Shown in pieces: positions 1 through 10,253 of a DNA stretch of 64,000 nt. Position numbers and translations under genes: made by a program. Origin of the DNA: Methanobacterium sp. UBA410 (lineage in GTDB: Archaea; Methanobacteriota; Methanobacteria; Methanobacteriales; Methanobacteriaceae); contig DAHH01000019.1 of assembly GCA_002498385.1 (NCBI GenBank), positions 1,772 through 65,771 of the forward strand, written 5' to 3'. The notes beneath the pieces were generated by a model. That model was not told where the DNA came from. It worked only from the letters and a program-made list of their open reading frames with translations, and made no database searches. The first letter of the stretch is position 1. Every line of letters starts with the position of its first letter.

Positions 1-4
1 TAAA

Positions 5-484
5 ATGGAGAAAATCCAGGAAGGAGCTGTTGGGAAGAAGGAAGGTGTACAGGAGGGTGTTAAAACCCGAAGGACACAGGCAGAGGACATCTGGAGTGAT
101 ATAATGAGAAGTTTCAGGGGCAGACAGGAAGATTTTGGACGGGCACTTTCAGAGTACACAAGCTCTCAAAAGCCGTTGACAGATGTGATTGAAACAGATG
201 ATGATGTAATAATCAAGGTAGACCTTCCAGGCGTTAAAAAAGAGGATATTAACATTGGAATTGCAGAAGACAGTGTGGAGGTCATGGCAAAATTTGAAGA
301 GGAAAGCGAGGTCAGGGACGTAAACTACATTCAAAAGGAGAGGACTTATGGAGAGACGTTGAGGAAGGTGTCGCTTCCGGCCAAGGTAAAGACTGAAGAA
401 ACCACAGGAACGTTCAGTGATTCTATTTTAACTATTAAAATGCCTAAACTGGAAAAGAAGATGCATAAACTGGACATTCAATGA
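5..484 (+). CDS. small heat-shock protein, Hsp20/alpha-crystallin family
   Basis: Alpha-crystallin core 'DVIETDDDVIIKVDLPGVKKEDINIGIAEDSVEVMA...LTIKMPK'. The ATG lies 4 nt from the window edge, so the 5' end could extend upstream. Confidence 0.85.
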   Translation: MEKIQEGAVGKKEGVQEGVKTRRTQAEDIWSDIMRSFRGRQEDFGRALSEYTSSQKPLTDVIETDDDVIIKVDLPGVKKEDINIGIAEDSVEVMAKFEEESEVRDVNYIQKERTYGETLRKVSLPAKVKTEETTGTFSDSILTIKMPKLEKKMHKLDIQ

Positions 485-813
485 GATATCCATTCTGGCA
501 TATGTGCTCAGTAGGATATTCTTAACTGGGATCTTCTTAAAAGTAGAGATATTCAACAAGATTCTTCTTAATTTTACTATTTTTTGTAGATTAAACGCAG
601 ATCGAACTGCTGTTTTTAACGCAGAGATTAATAATCAATAAGATCAATATAAAAAACTGTTTAATATGGGATCGTTGAGGATCTAACAAGGCTTAAACCA
701 GATCGAAACAACCTCAAGGCAACAACCTGTACCTTGAGAAAAACCGTGGCAAAAAAAGAAATCTTAAAGAAAGGAAGAAAGAACAATACTTTTAAGAGAA
801 AAAGTCTTAAATT

Positions 814-853
814 AAGAGAAGTGTTAAAATAGGAAGAGAAGTGTTAAAATAGG
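814..853. repeat. perfect 20-nt tandem duplication (aagagaagtgttaaaatagg x2) in a 570-bp AT-rich spacer
   Basis: Read directly: 814-833 and 834-853 are identical. The same spacer holds further short duplications ('ttacagcagaaa' x2, 'aattattctacaa' x2). Confidence 0.9.
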
Positions 854-1056
854 CGTGCTCATTTTCAACAAAAAAAATTTAACATGTAACCGATTACAGC
901 AGAAACATTTACAGCAGAAAATTAGTTTATAATTCAGTTCAGCCAGTATCTAAAAATTTTTTTAAAGATTAACATTCAAAGCATTAACATTTAAGTACGT
1001 TTAAAGAATTATTCTACAAATTATTCTACAATTTAAAACATTCAAGTGATACAAAA

Positions 1057-1713
1057 ATGATAGAAATTGCAATAAACATAAAGGCCCGGAACAAACCTGG
1101 AGTTTTGAGGGATATAACCGACATGATAGCCAAGTGCGGTGTTAACATTACTTACATTCATCTTTTCATGGAAAACAAGGAATCTGCATCCATATACATG
1201 GAACTTGAGTATGTTAAAAACGTTGAAAGGTTTATAGAGAACATCAAAAACTTTGAAGAGGTGCTCGATGTTCAAACCCACAGATCCATGGATGAGATCT
1301 ACGGTAAGAGGATCATAATAATAGGGGGAGGAGCCCAGGTATCTCAGGTAGCTTTAGGTGCTATAACAGAGTCTGATAGGCATAACATAAGGGGAGAAAG
1401 GATAAGCGTTGATACACTTCCACTTGTGGGTGAAAAGGGGCTTGCAGAGGCAGTTCTTGCAGTTGGAAGGCTTCCAAGGGTGAAGGCACTGGTGCTTGCA
1501 GGGTCCCTCATGGGCGGCAGCATCTCAAAGGCCATAGAAACGGTAAAAAAGGATCATGACGTGGTTGTTATAAGCCTCAACATGCCGGGAAGTGTTGCTC
1601 AGAAGGCGGATCTGGTTGTAACAGACCCAGTCCAGGCAGGGGTCATGGCTGTCATGGCCATTGCTGATACAGCAGCCTTCGATATAAACAGGATTAAGAA
1701 TAAAAGGTTTTGA
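1057..1713 (+). CDS. ACT-domain protein with a C-terminal Gly-rich Rossmann-like domain (predicted amino-acid-binding regulator)
   Basis: N-terminal ACT-like '[32 protein letters not shown]', followed by '[19 protein letters not shown]'. The antisense ORFs 1042-1281 and 1344-1535 are spurious. Confidence 0.7.
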   Translation: MIEIAINIKARNKPGVLRDITDMIAKCGVNITYIHLFMENKESASIYMELEYVKNVERFIENIKNFEEVLDVQTHRSMDEIYGKRIIIIGGGAQVSQVALGAITESDRHNIRGERISVDTLPLVGEKGLAEAVLAVGRLPRVKALVLAGSLMGGSISKAIETVKKDHDVVVISLNMPGSVAQKADLVVTDPVQAGVMAVMAIADTAAFDINRIKNKRF

Positions 1714-1715
1714 TC

Positions 1716-2006
1716 TTACCCTATGGTCCTTATTAACCGTTCTACAGCATTTTTAAGTTCTGGATCTTTTATTTCCCCACTTTTTGCCAGTTTCATGGCC
1801 ATTTCAAGAACCTTAGGAACGTCCTCTGCTTTGATGTTCTGGGCCATTTCCATGTAACTTTGATCGGCATTAATCTCTTCAGGAAGTTCTGATTTCTTCT
1901 TTTCCATTGTTTCCAGCACAATTCTACACGTAGTCATAACTTCGGGCTTATTGTCCACCTCTTTACACTTTTCAACCATTTTTTGAGTTTCTTCATCCTT
2001 AGTCAT
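1716..2006 (-). CDS. small conserved hypothetical protein, paralog A of a tandem pair
   Basis: About 96 aa from the ATG at 2006, which is preceded by GGTGGT. The ORF track starts 9 nt further upstream at a GTG. Shares '(V/I)PKVLEMA(M/L)K...SG(E/D)IKD(P/T)ELKNA' and two N-terminal Cys with the next gene. Confidence 0.6.
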   Translation of the reverse strand: MTKDEETQKMVEKCKEVDNKPEVMTTCRIVLETMEKKKSELPEEINADQSYMEMAQNIKAEDVPKVLEMAMKLAKSGEIKDPELKNAVERLIRTIG

Positions 2007-2182
2007 AGTTACCACCGTTTATTATTATGTCAGAGAATCTACTTATTTTTAACGCTTCATAGAATTTTATAAAAAAGGCGAACTGTTCCTGTAAACTGAA
2101 GTTTCACTGGTAATTGGAGTTAACAGTTGATAAAGACGGTTGATAAAAAAAATTAATTACGTTACAAAAAATAGTTTTCAGG

Positions 2183-2455
2183 TTAACTCATTTCTATAGC
2201 TCGTATGAGTACACTTGCAGCATTTTTAAGCTCTGTATCTTTTATATCTCCACTTTCCCTTATTTTGAGTGCCATCTCAAGAACCTTTGGAATATCCTTT
2301 CTTTTGATGTTTTCCGCCATTGAAAGGTAGTTCTCATTGGGATCCAGCTTCAAATCCTTTTTATCCATCATCTCCAGGAGAACCTTGCATGATTCCATGA
2401 CATCGGTGCCCCCACTCTCACACTTCTTCATGAGTTCTTCAGTCTTTTTATCCAT
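2183..2455 (-). CDS. small conserved hypothetical protein, paralog B of a tandem pair
   Basis: An internal ATG at 2455 is preceded by AAAGGTGAT. The track start at 2518 adds 21 unlikely residues. Clear similarity to 1716-2006. Confidence 0.6.
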   Translation of the reverse strand: MDKKTEELMKKCESGGTDVMESCKVLLEMMDKKDLKLDPNENYLSMAENIKRKDIPKVLEMALKIRESGDIKDTELKNAASVLIRAIEMS

Positions 2456-2761
2456 GTTATCACCTTTCTTTAATATGAGCATAGTAAGATTTATACATTT
2501 GTGCTGTGGAGTTTTCAAGACATGGGAGTTTTTTTATGAGTAGAATAATAAATTTAAAAGCAGAATATAGTTTTTACAATATTAAGAACGTTTTAAAATT
2601 ATAAAGTGCTTTGCGATGTTTTAAAATGACTTTCAAATCTATTTGAATTACTTTAACCACTTTTTCTTGAATCTGAATTCTGGGCTGGCCTAATCCACTG
2701 GATGGTAAAATGTATATGATCATTTCTGCATATATTTAGCTTGAAACTTACTAAAATTATA

Positions 2762-2800
2762 TTATGTAAAAAATTTATTACATAAAAATTTATTACATAA
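2762..2800. repeat. perfect 15-nt tandem duplication (aaatttattacataa x2) plus an inverted copy of the 8-mer TTACATAA; candidate operator between the divergent genes
   Basis: TTATGTAA (2762-2769), TTACATAA (2778-2785) and TTACATAA (2793-2800). Lies in the divergent spacer between the small paralog gene and hcp. Confidence 0.5.
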
Positions 2801-2980
2801 AATCTTTTGTTAGCATAATTTTGAAACTTAATTTAAGGATCGTCAAAATTCTTAATCCGGAGGAACTTCAGACCTAAAAACCACATTTAATATGGATTTC
2901 AGTTTTTAACTTATAATTCAATGTTTATTTTAAGTTTTATCCTTTTAAAATCTTTGTAGATGTCAAAAAGGAGGTAAAAC

Positions 2981-4456
2981 ATGAAGAAATATCGGTGTTT
3001 GGTTTGTGACTATGTGTACGACCCTGAAAAAGGTGACCCTGTTGGGGGTATAGAACCTGGAACAGATTTTAAGGATCTTCCAGAGGACTGGATCTGTCCA
3101 GTCTGTGGAGTTGGTAAGGACAAGTTTGAAGAAGTTACAGAGAAATCGGAGAGAAAATCATTAGCAATGTTCTGTTACCAGTGCTCCCAGACTGCGGGAG
3201 AAACTGGTTGTACAGTTAGGGGTGTTTGTGGAAAGGAACCTACAGTTGCAAGACTTCAGGACAATCTGCTCTTTGCGATTAAGGGAATATCTGCCTATCT
3301 CTATCATGCAAGGGAACTTGGATACACAGATCCTGAGATAGATGCCTTCCTCGAGAGGGGATTTTACTCTACGCTTACCAACGTGAACTTTGATGCTGAG
3401 GATTTTGTGAAACTGGCGCTGGAAGCCGGTCACATGAACATACGAACCATGCAACTTCTGAAGAAGGCTCATATCGAGAGTTACGGCGAGCCAACGCCAA
3501 CAGAAGTTCGTGTGGGATCTGTGAAGGGTCCAGGGATCGTTGCAACAGGTCACAGCATGAAGGCACTTGAGGAACTCTTAAAACAGACTGAGGGAACTGG
3601 AGTAAATGTTTACACCCACTCTGAACTTTTACCGGCCCATGGATATCCTGGGCTTCGCAAGTACGATCACCTGGTGGGCCAGCTTGGAGGGCCATGGTTC
3701 GATCAAAGAGATACCTTTAGTAAATATCCTGTTGCAGTGCTTGGAACCTCAAACTGTGTATTGCTCCCTAAGGATGATTACAGAGATAGGATGTTCACGT
3801 CGGGTGTTGCACAGCTTCCAGGGGTTAAGCACATAGACGGCTACGATTTCACTCCTGTAATTGACAAGGCCAGATCACTACCGGAACTTCAAGATGAACC
3901 AAGAGAAACAGTTCTCACAACAGGATTTGGAACATCAACGGTCCTATCACTTGCAGATAATATAAAAGAACTTGTTGAATCCGGCAAGATAAGGCACTTC
4001 TTCGTGGTTGGGGGATGTGACTCACCAAAACCCCAGGCAACATATTACAGGGAATTTGTGCAGAAACTGCCTGAAGATACAGTTGTTTTAACGCTTGCAT
4101 GCGGGAAGTACAGGTTCAACGACCTTGAACTTGGAGACATCGAGGGAGTTCCAAGGCTCATAGATTTAGGCCAGTGCAATGATGCAATAGTCGGAATAGA
4201 CATTATAACAGCTTTATCAGAATTATTCGGCCAAGAAATAAATGAACTGCCCCTCACGTTCATCTTAAGCTGGATGGAACAGAAAGCAGTGGCAATACTC
4301 TGGAGCTTTCTATCACTAAATGTTAAAGGAATGTACCTCGGCCCAATAATACCTGGATGGATGAATGATGACATTCTGAAAATTTTGGTGGAAAATTACA
4401 ACATAAAACCAATTGGTGATCCGGAAAAAGATATAAAAGATATTCTTGGTGAGTGA
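2981..4456 (+). CDS. hcp: rubredoxin-domain / hybrid cluster protein (hydroxylamine reductase-like) fusion
   Basis: N-terminus '[17 protein letters not shown]...[20 protein letters not shown]' is a rubredoxin CxxC...CxxC knuckle pair. It is followed by the Hcp N-terminal cluster motif '[21 protein letters not shown]' and an Hcp-like body. RBS GGAGGT lies upstream. Confidence 0.85.
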   Translation: MKKYRCLVCDYVYDPEKGDPVGGIEPGTDFKDLPEDWICPVCGVGKDKFEEVTEKSERKSLAMFCYQCSQTAGETGCTVRGVCGKEPTVARLQDNLLFAIKGISAYLYHARELGYTDPEIDAFLERGFYSTLTNVNFDAEDFVKLALEAGHMNIRTMQLLKKAHIESYGEPTPTEVRVGSVKGPGIVATGHSMKALEELLKQTEGTGVNVYTHSELLPAHGYPGLRKYDHLVGQLGGPWFDQRDTFSKYPVAVLGTSNCVLLPKDDYRDRMFTSGVAQLPGVKHIDGYDFTPVIDKARSLPELQDEPRETVLTTGFGTSTVLSLADNIKELVESGKIRHFFVVGGCDSPKPQATYYREFVQKLPEDTVVLTLACGKYRFNDLELGDIEGVPRLIDLGQCNDAIVGIDIITALSELFGQEINELPLTFILSWMEQKAVAILWSFLSLNVKGMYLGPIIPGWMNDDILKILVENYNIKPIGDPEKDIKDILGE

Positions 4457-4535
4457 AAACATTTTGATGAGTAAAATTTCGCTCCATTGACTAACATTTG
4501 ATTTAGATTTTATAATAAGAATCGGAGGTGAGTTT

Positions 4536-5045
4536 GTGGCGTCCCTTTCTGAGAACATGGAAGGTCCCGTTATTAAAGCCGCAAAATTGGCTCTGGAAAT
4601 GGAAAATGTTAATTATGTGCTTCCCTTTGTAAAGAAGGACTTTGAAGAAGAACTTAAAAATGCCTTCGAGAAGACTATGATGGTTAGGGATCTAAGCGGT
4701 GAGGCAGCAGAACTTGCAGATTACTGGTTCTTTGAAACAACAGTTCGCCTCCATAAACTTGGAAAAGAGGCGTATTTTACCGGATTAAAACCTCCAGAAC
4801 TTGATGGTGGTCCAGTAATTTCAATGGCAAACAAAGCAATTGAAACAGAAGATCTAGGTGAACTGAGGGAATTTTTGATGAAATTTATGGGTGGAGAAAT
4901 AGAAAAGCGTTTCCAGGCGGTAGTTTCCAGGAAAAATTATAGGATAAATAATGTGGAAGCAGCAAGAAGCTATGCAGAAGCTATGATGGAATTTTTACGG
5001 TTTTCTCACAATGTCTACAAATATGTTGAACTCTGCGGTGAATGA
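4536..5045 (+). CDS. conserved hypothetical protein (resembles the family I recall as DUF6448)
   Basis: GTG start after GGAGGTG. 'EGPVIKAAKLALEMENVNYVLPFV...ELADYWFFETTVRLH' resembles that family from memory. No function is known. Confidence 0.55.
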   Translation: MASLSENMEGPVIKAAKLALEMENVNYVLPFVKKDFEEELKNAFEKTMMVRDLSGEAAELADYWFFETTVRLHKLGKEAYFTGLKPPELDGGPVISMANKAIETEDLGELREFLMKFMGGEIEKRFQAVVSRKNYRINNVEAARSYAEAMMEFLRFSHNVYKYVELCGE

Positions 5046-5152
5046 TAAAAAAAGGAGGACAACCCTTTTATATACGGTTTCATACCACAAATTTATCTAT
5101 GGAATCGAAGTAACTATGGATTGATATAGGTAAAACTCTTGGAGGTTCGTTC

Positions 5153-5476
5153 ATGTCGGAAGATATAAAATCAAGAACTTTAAAAACAGTGGATCTAATA
5201 GATTATCAGGAAGGTGCAGTTGTAAGCCGTGAAATCATAAAAAGAGAAACAGGAACGGTCACGGTTTTTGCATTTGATAAGGGTGAGGGTTTGAGCGAGC
5301 ACACTGCACCCTTCGACGCAATGGTTCAGGTAATTGAAGGCAAGGCAGAAATAAGCATATCAGGCAAGAAAAATCACGTTGGTACTGGCGAAATGATAAT
5401 AATGCCTGCAAACATCCCCCATGCCCTGTATGCCCCTGAAAAGTACAAAATGATACTGACCATGATACGATCGTAA
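5153..5476 (+). CDS. cupin-domain protein
   Basis: 107 aa. Cupin motifs 'GEGLSEHTAPFDAMVQVIEGKA' and 'GEMIIMPANIPHAL'. RBS GGAGGT. Confidence 0.75.
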   Translation: MSEDIKSRTLKTVDLIDYQEGAVVSREIIKRETGTVTVFAFDKGEGLSEHTAPFDAMVQVIEGKAEISISGKKNHVGTGEMIIMPANIPHALYAPEKYKMILTMIRS

Positions 5477-5708
5477 GCCTGCAGAGATCCCACTTAGATA
5501 AATCTAAGTTATTGATGGATTAAATGGACTTATAGATGTACAGACACTTCTTTGATCATTTTTTTTTAAATTATTCATGGTTTCTCTAGGTATTATTAGA
5601 TTTTTTTGTAGAAATCCGTTTTTTAGGATTTTGATAGTTTTAAAGATGTTTTCTGAACAAAAAATCATTCTTAAACATAATTCTTAAACAAAAACTATGG
5701 ATATAGTT

Positions 5709-6518
5709 CTATGCACTGTACCTGCAGGAATCAGAAAAATCGCACTTTGCACATTTTTTAGGATTTTGCGTTAATTCAGGAATGTTTCCATCAGTTAGCA
5801 TGGCTTTTATATCTTCAAGCACATTTAAAACTTCTTCACGTAAGTCTATGCTTACAAGGACAGGTTTGCGCTGACAAGCGCCCGTGTAATCAATAAAACC
5901 CAATGGAATCTCCCTGTTGAATTCATGTTCCATTAACATGGCGTATGCACCTATCTGAAGGGCGTCAGATTTCCACACACCCTTCAAAGGGGGTAATCCA
6001 TTTTTTATTTCAACTGGATAGTAGGATCCATCAACTATCTCTATCCTGTCTAACTGTCCCTTTAAGTTGAGTTCAGGGTCTTCTATTGAAAATTCAGTGA
6101 GCAGGGGTGGAAAAAGCATATCCAGAACATCAGAACCGGATTTTCCAGTTCTTTTAAGTATTTTATAGGTTTTAAGGGTCAGAAACCAGGATTCAAGCTT
6201 CAAATCTTCTTCCAGATCCCTGCAGATTTTTTCTTTGATATCTGGGCTGATTAAGCCGGTTCTCTGGTAGCGTTCTGCTTTGCTTTCTATAAATTCTGGA
6301 ACATCCTCAAAGAGGGTTTCAAAGATATCTTTGACATCCATTTTCTCATCAACAGACCATATGTTCCGTTTTGAAAGTTCATCAAAACCCCTTCTGATTT
6401 CATGTGTGAGCTTCCCATTTACCATGGCTGCTGTCTGGATTTTGCGCTGTTCTGTGCATTTTATGTAGGTTTTCATGGGGCAGTACATATACTCTGAAAT
6501 TGAAGACACGTTGATCAT
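5709..6518 (-). CDS. Cas4-like PD-(D/E)XK nuclease with a 4-Cys cluster (DUF83 type), stand-alone
   Basis: N-terminal 'YCPMKTY', RecB motifs 'LDRIEIVDG...YPVEIKNG', 'QIGAYAML', and C-terminal 'CAKCDFSDSC' (C-x2-C-x5-C). No cas genes or CRISPR array in the window. Confidence 0.75.
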   Translation of the reverse strand: MINVSSISEYMYCPMKTYIKCTEQRKIQTAAMVNGKLTHEIRRGFDELSKRNIWSVDEKMDVKDIFETLFEDVPEFIESKAERYQRTGLISPDIKEKICRDLEEDLKLESWFLTLKTYKILKRTGKSGSDVLDMLFPPLLTEFSIEDPELNLKGQLDRIEIVDGSYYPVEIKNGLPPLKGVWKSDALQIGAYAMLMEHEFNREIPLGFIDYTGACQRKPVLVSIDLREEVLNVLEDIKAMLTDGNIPELTQNPKKCAKCDFSDSCRYSA

Positions 6519-6603
6519 GTTATCACCGTGTAATACTTAAACCACAAGTTATTAATACTTACTGGTACAATATTAATACTTGTCTTTACTTCCCTAACAT
6601 CCG

Positions 6604-6627
6604 GTGGTGGTGACGTATCACCACCAC
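6604..6627. other. perfect 10-bp stem / 4-nt loop hairpin (GTGGTGGTGA-CGTA-TCACCACCAC)
   Basis: Read directly. Lies about 90 nt upstream of the Cas4-like gene on the minus strand, with no flanking oligo-T. Function unknown. Confidence 0.8.
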
Positions 6628-7110
6628 ATCTATTAGCCCAAAAAAGCAGAGTTTTTTAAGTTAACTGTGCTCAAATCAGCATCTCAAATGTTGTTTTTGG
6701 AGATCATCCTCTTAAAACTCTTTTGTTCACCTTTATCACTTTCTTCTTTGACACGTTTATTTGTTAACACCTTCAGAGAACTTGTAATTGTTAACGTACT
6801 CCTTAAAATAGGATAAGCACTTGAATTTTTTTGGAAAAACTTGAACTTATAAAACAATAAAACAGATTAACCCCCAAAAAAAAATAAAGTATCAAAAATA
6901 AAAAAATCAAAAATAAAAAAAGTCTCCATTTCACCACTCAAACTCTACTTCTGAATTATTCAAAAGATGATCTCATGGAGATGTGCATCTGCATGGAATT
7001 TCAGGTTTTATCTGTGTTAACGAGTCATGTTCTGTGGTTAACGATGTTATAGTTTTGATTTTAATTTATAGGTTTATAACAGGTCTATTTTGATTATAAC
7101 TACCTTATAC

Positions 7111-8399
7111 TCATAAAATCCTTATAAAAACAGTTTCTCCCTTTAACAAACTCCAGTTCGTTGATCTTGGCCACAGCTGCATTCATATTTTTTTTCAAGG
7201 GCTTCGTGGGTCACCATGAAGATGGGAACTGGCTCCCCCTTGGCTGTCTGTTTTTGGTTTACAGATTCCAAACTTACGTTACAATCGCTCAGTATGCCAG
7301 ATATACTGTGAAGAACGCCGGGTTTATCCGTTGCCTGGAGCCTGATGTAGTACCGGGATCTTACATCTGCCATACCCTTCAAAGCTTTAACCCGGTTCTC
7401 TTTGGGTCCGTAAGCTGTGGGTTTATTCATGTTTTGGATTATGTCCATGCAATCACCCACCACAGCACTTGCAGTCGGCATCATTCCGGCTCCCGGGCTG
7501 TACATCATCACAGGCCCCACAATGTCCCCAACAATGTAAACTCCGTTGAAAACACCGTTAATAGATGCTAAAAGATGGCTTTCAGGTACAAGGGTTGGAT
7601 GTACCCTCACCTCAAGCTCACCATCAACCAGTTTGGCTATTGCAAGGAGTTTTATACATGATTTAAGTTCTTCCTTTGTAAATAGGATATCATCGGGTGT
7701 TATTTTGCTTATTCCCTCAACATGGAAGTTTTTCTGTTCCACGTAGGTCTCAAAGCCCAGAATTGTGAGTATAACCAGTTTATGGGCGGTGTCATAGCCT
7801 TCAACATCAAAAGTTGGATCCGTCTCGGCGTATCCCTTTTTCTGAGCTTTTTTAAGAACATCCCCAAATTCTCTGCCTTCTCCAGTCATCTTGGTGAGTA
7901 CGTAGTTGGCTGTACCGTTCAGTATACCGTAGATCTATGTTGTTTGCAGCCAGGTTTTCGTTCAACGCTGGAGAAGAGGTATTTCCTCACCGATGTTGGC
8001 CTTAAAACAGATCCTAACGCGGTTTTTACGTGCAGTTTCAATAACTTCCTGGCAGTGTTTGGCAAACAGGGCCTTGTTGGCGGTTACAACGTGTTTACCC
8101 TTGTTCAGGACTTTTAATATGAATTTAAGGGCAGGTTACTAACTTCCCATAAGTTCTGCAATGATGTCTATTTCTGGATCATCCAAAATATCATCAACGT
8201 CAGTTGAAAGTTTATAAGAATCAGCATCCACGCCCCTGTCTGTTGTTATGTCCAGATCAACTATTGTTTTAAGTTTAACATCCTTCTGAACCTTGTCATT
8301 TATGAGATCAGGGTTCTGGTTGAAGGTTTCCACAACTCCACTTCTTATGGTTCCAAAACCAATGAGTCCTATATTTACAGAATCCTTCATTAAAATCAT
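7111..8399 (-). pseudogene. hom: homoserine dehydrogenase pseudogene (multiple stops and frameshifts)
   Basis: The N-terminal fragment (8139-8399), the central '[14 protein letters not shown]...[20 protein letters not shown]' and the C-terminal catalytic plus ACT part (7143-7889) are collinear. They are interrupted by TAG-TAA (8136-8141), TGA (7952-7954), TAG (7925-7927), frame changes around '[11 protein letters not shown]', and two more at the 3' end (T8 run 7188-7195; CCC 7139-7141). Confidence 0.8.
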
Positions 8400-8570
8400 C
8401 CAGTTTTTATTTGATATCCTTTTTTATTACAATTGTTATAATTACGATTGTTATATTATAGGATCCACATGCACCTGACGTATTTTTGTGGTACTTTTGT
8501 GGTACTGTCAGGATTTGATCATAACATCAGGATTTGATCATATATTTGTTTGGAGTTTGGAGCCCATTGA

Positions 8571-9590
8571 TCACAGTTTTAAATCTTTCAGTTTAATGTA
8601 CTCGTTTATAGATTCTCTGGTTGTTCCAACTATGAGCCTGTAACTTACATTACCTTTAGTAACCTTTTCAAGCTTTCCCCTGGCCACTATTCTTTCTCCT
8701 TCCCTGACCTGACCTGCATAGGTGTGGGTGAAGGAGGCAACCTCATTTAAAGGCACTTCAGATCCTTCGAGGATCTCAACGTCCTCAACGTTGTAAACTG
8801 CAGGGTTGTCGAAGGCAGCAAGGGCATCTTTCACGGTACATTCAACCTTTATGGTCCCTACAGGCTCATAGATCGTGTCTCCATAAGTTCCACTGATTTC
8901 TTCCCAGTCCCTGGTTGCAAGGATATCGAAGAGAGTGCCCTCAATGATTCCCCTGTTGTGCTTTCGGTTTTCGTACCACATGAACTCATCGAAACTCAGG
9001 GATCCGTCTTTTATCCGTTTTTTGTAGAGTCTGTTCCAGTAACCACCCTGGATACCCTCAAGGATGCCTTTTTCCTTCTTTATTTCTTCGAAGGCTTTCA
9101 TGGCGTTCCTGTGATTTTCAAGGCCGTAAACAACAAAGTCAACGTCTGAATTTTCAGGGTCGTAGAGCCCCGGAAGGGTGGAACCTGAAATACCCATTTT
9201 ATCGTAGGGAATTCCAGCACGCTCATGGAAGGTTCTTGCAACCTTCACAACCTTTTTAAGCAGTTTATCCGGGTCTGGATCGTTCATTATTTCTTTAAGA
9301 CGATCATTTGGGTGCAAGATCTCTTTCACCCTGTCCTGGGGAACTCCCATCATCTGAACGTGGGTTACCTCAGAATCGAAGAGGTACTCTGGAAAATTCT
9401 TGTTTAAAAAATCGTAAGCCTGTTTTGAATCCACCTTGGAATACCTGGTACCATTTAAGGACCGCTCACCCTCAGGATCAGGAACGTATCTTAAAAAAGA
9501 CAGTATCCTGTCATCGGGGTGGAGATAATTCGTTGTTGCAAAGAAAAGATCGTCTGTTGTGTGTATAAAATCTCTGGGTCTGGCTCTCAT
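8571..9590 (-). CDS. predicted Pol-beta-type nucleotidyltransferase with a C-terminal OB-like barrel
   Basis: '[24 protein letters not shown]' is a GS...D-x-D nucleotidyltransferase motif. The C-terminal beta-rich region is '[26 protein letters not shown]'. Confidence 0.6.
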   Translation of the reverse strand: MRARPRDFIHTTDDLFFATTNYLHPDDRILSFLRYVPDPEGERSLNGTRYSKVDSKQAYDFLNKNFPEYLFDSEVTHVQMMGVPQDRVKEILHPNDRLKEIMNDPDPDKLLKKVVKVARTFHERAGIPYDKMGISGSTLPGLYDPENSDVDFVVYGLENHRNAMKAFEEIKKEKGILEGIQGGYWNRLYKKRIKDGSLSFDEFMWYENRKHNRGIIEGTLFDILATRDWEEISGTYGDTIYEPVGTIKVECTVKDALAAFDNPAVYNVEDVEILEGSEVPLNEVASFTHTYAGQVREGERIVARGKLEKVTKGNVSYRLIVGTTRESINEYIKLKDLKL

Positions 9591-9623
9591 GGATTAATTT
9601 AATTGTGGGCAACACTATTAAAT

Positions 9624-10001
9624 ATGATAGTTTCAAGACTCGAACCCGGCATGGATCTTAAGGAAGGCATATTGAAGACACAAAACGAAAACAACGTTGA
9701 ATCAGGCATCATTATATGCATGGTTGGAAGCCTCAAAAAAGCTGTGTTGAGGATGTCAGATGGAAAACAAAGGGAGTTCACTGGTCCCTTTGAGATAGTG
9801 TCAGCTGAAGGTACCATATCTACCAATGGAGTACACTTACATCTGGCAGTATCAGACAGGGATGGGAAGGTTTTTGGAGGACATTTAAAGCCCGGATGCA
9901 CTGTGCACACAACTGCAGAGCTGTGCATCCTGGAATCAGACGAACCATTAAAAAGAGTTTTTGACCCCAAAACAGGTTACAGGGAACTTTTCGTTGAATG
10001 A
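9624..10001 (+). CDS. PPC (DUF296) domain protein
   Basis: 'VSRLEPGMDLKEGI...SGIIICMVGSLKKAVL...EIVSAEGTIS...HLHLAVSDRDGKVFGGHL'. ATG at 9624 is preferred over the GTG at 9603. Confidence 0.7.
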   Translation: MIVSRLEPGMDLKEGILKTQNENNVESGIIICMVGSLKKAVLRMSDGKQREFTGPFEIVSAEGTISTNGVHLHLAVSDRDGKVFGGHLKPGCTVHTTAELCILESDEPLKRVFDPKTGYRELFVE

Positions 10002-10253
10002 AATCGTTTTTCATTATTTTTTTCATGCAAAGGGGAAGAACTATAAATCCGGAAATTTTATACTTCAACTGATACAATTTTCAATTGATATCTAATTCAG
10101 TTGATCCCCCAATAAATTCGATCTCCAATTAAATTCATAAAAAAATTAAATTCATAGAAATAAATTCATAGAAAAAATTGGAATCATGTTACAAGGTATT
10201 TAAATTTATCATAAAATTTTCTTATAAAAAGGGGTTTCCCAGGTTGAATTTAA

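Noticed and set aside
7161-8117. Plus-strand ORFs (7161-7571, 7546-7746, 7722-8117) across the hom region.
   Set aside because: They are antisense to recognisable homoserine dehydrogenase sequence. They appear long only because the sense gene is broken.
8136-8141. In-frame TAG in hom as a possible pyrrolysine codon.
   Set aside because: The TAG is immediately followed by TAA. The gene carries further stops and frameshifts. Pyl decoding is not a known trait of Methanobacteriales.
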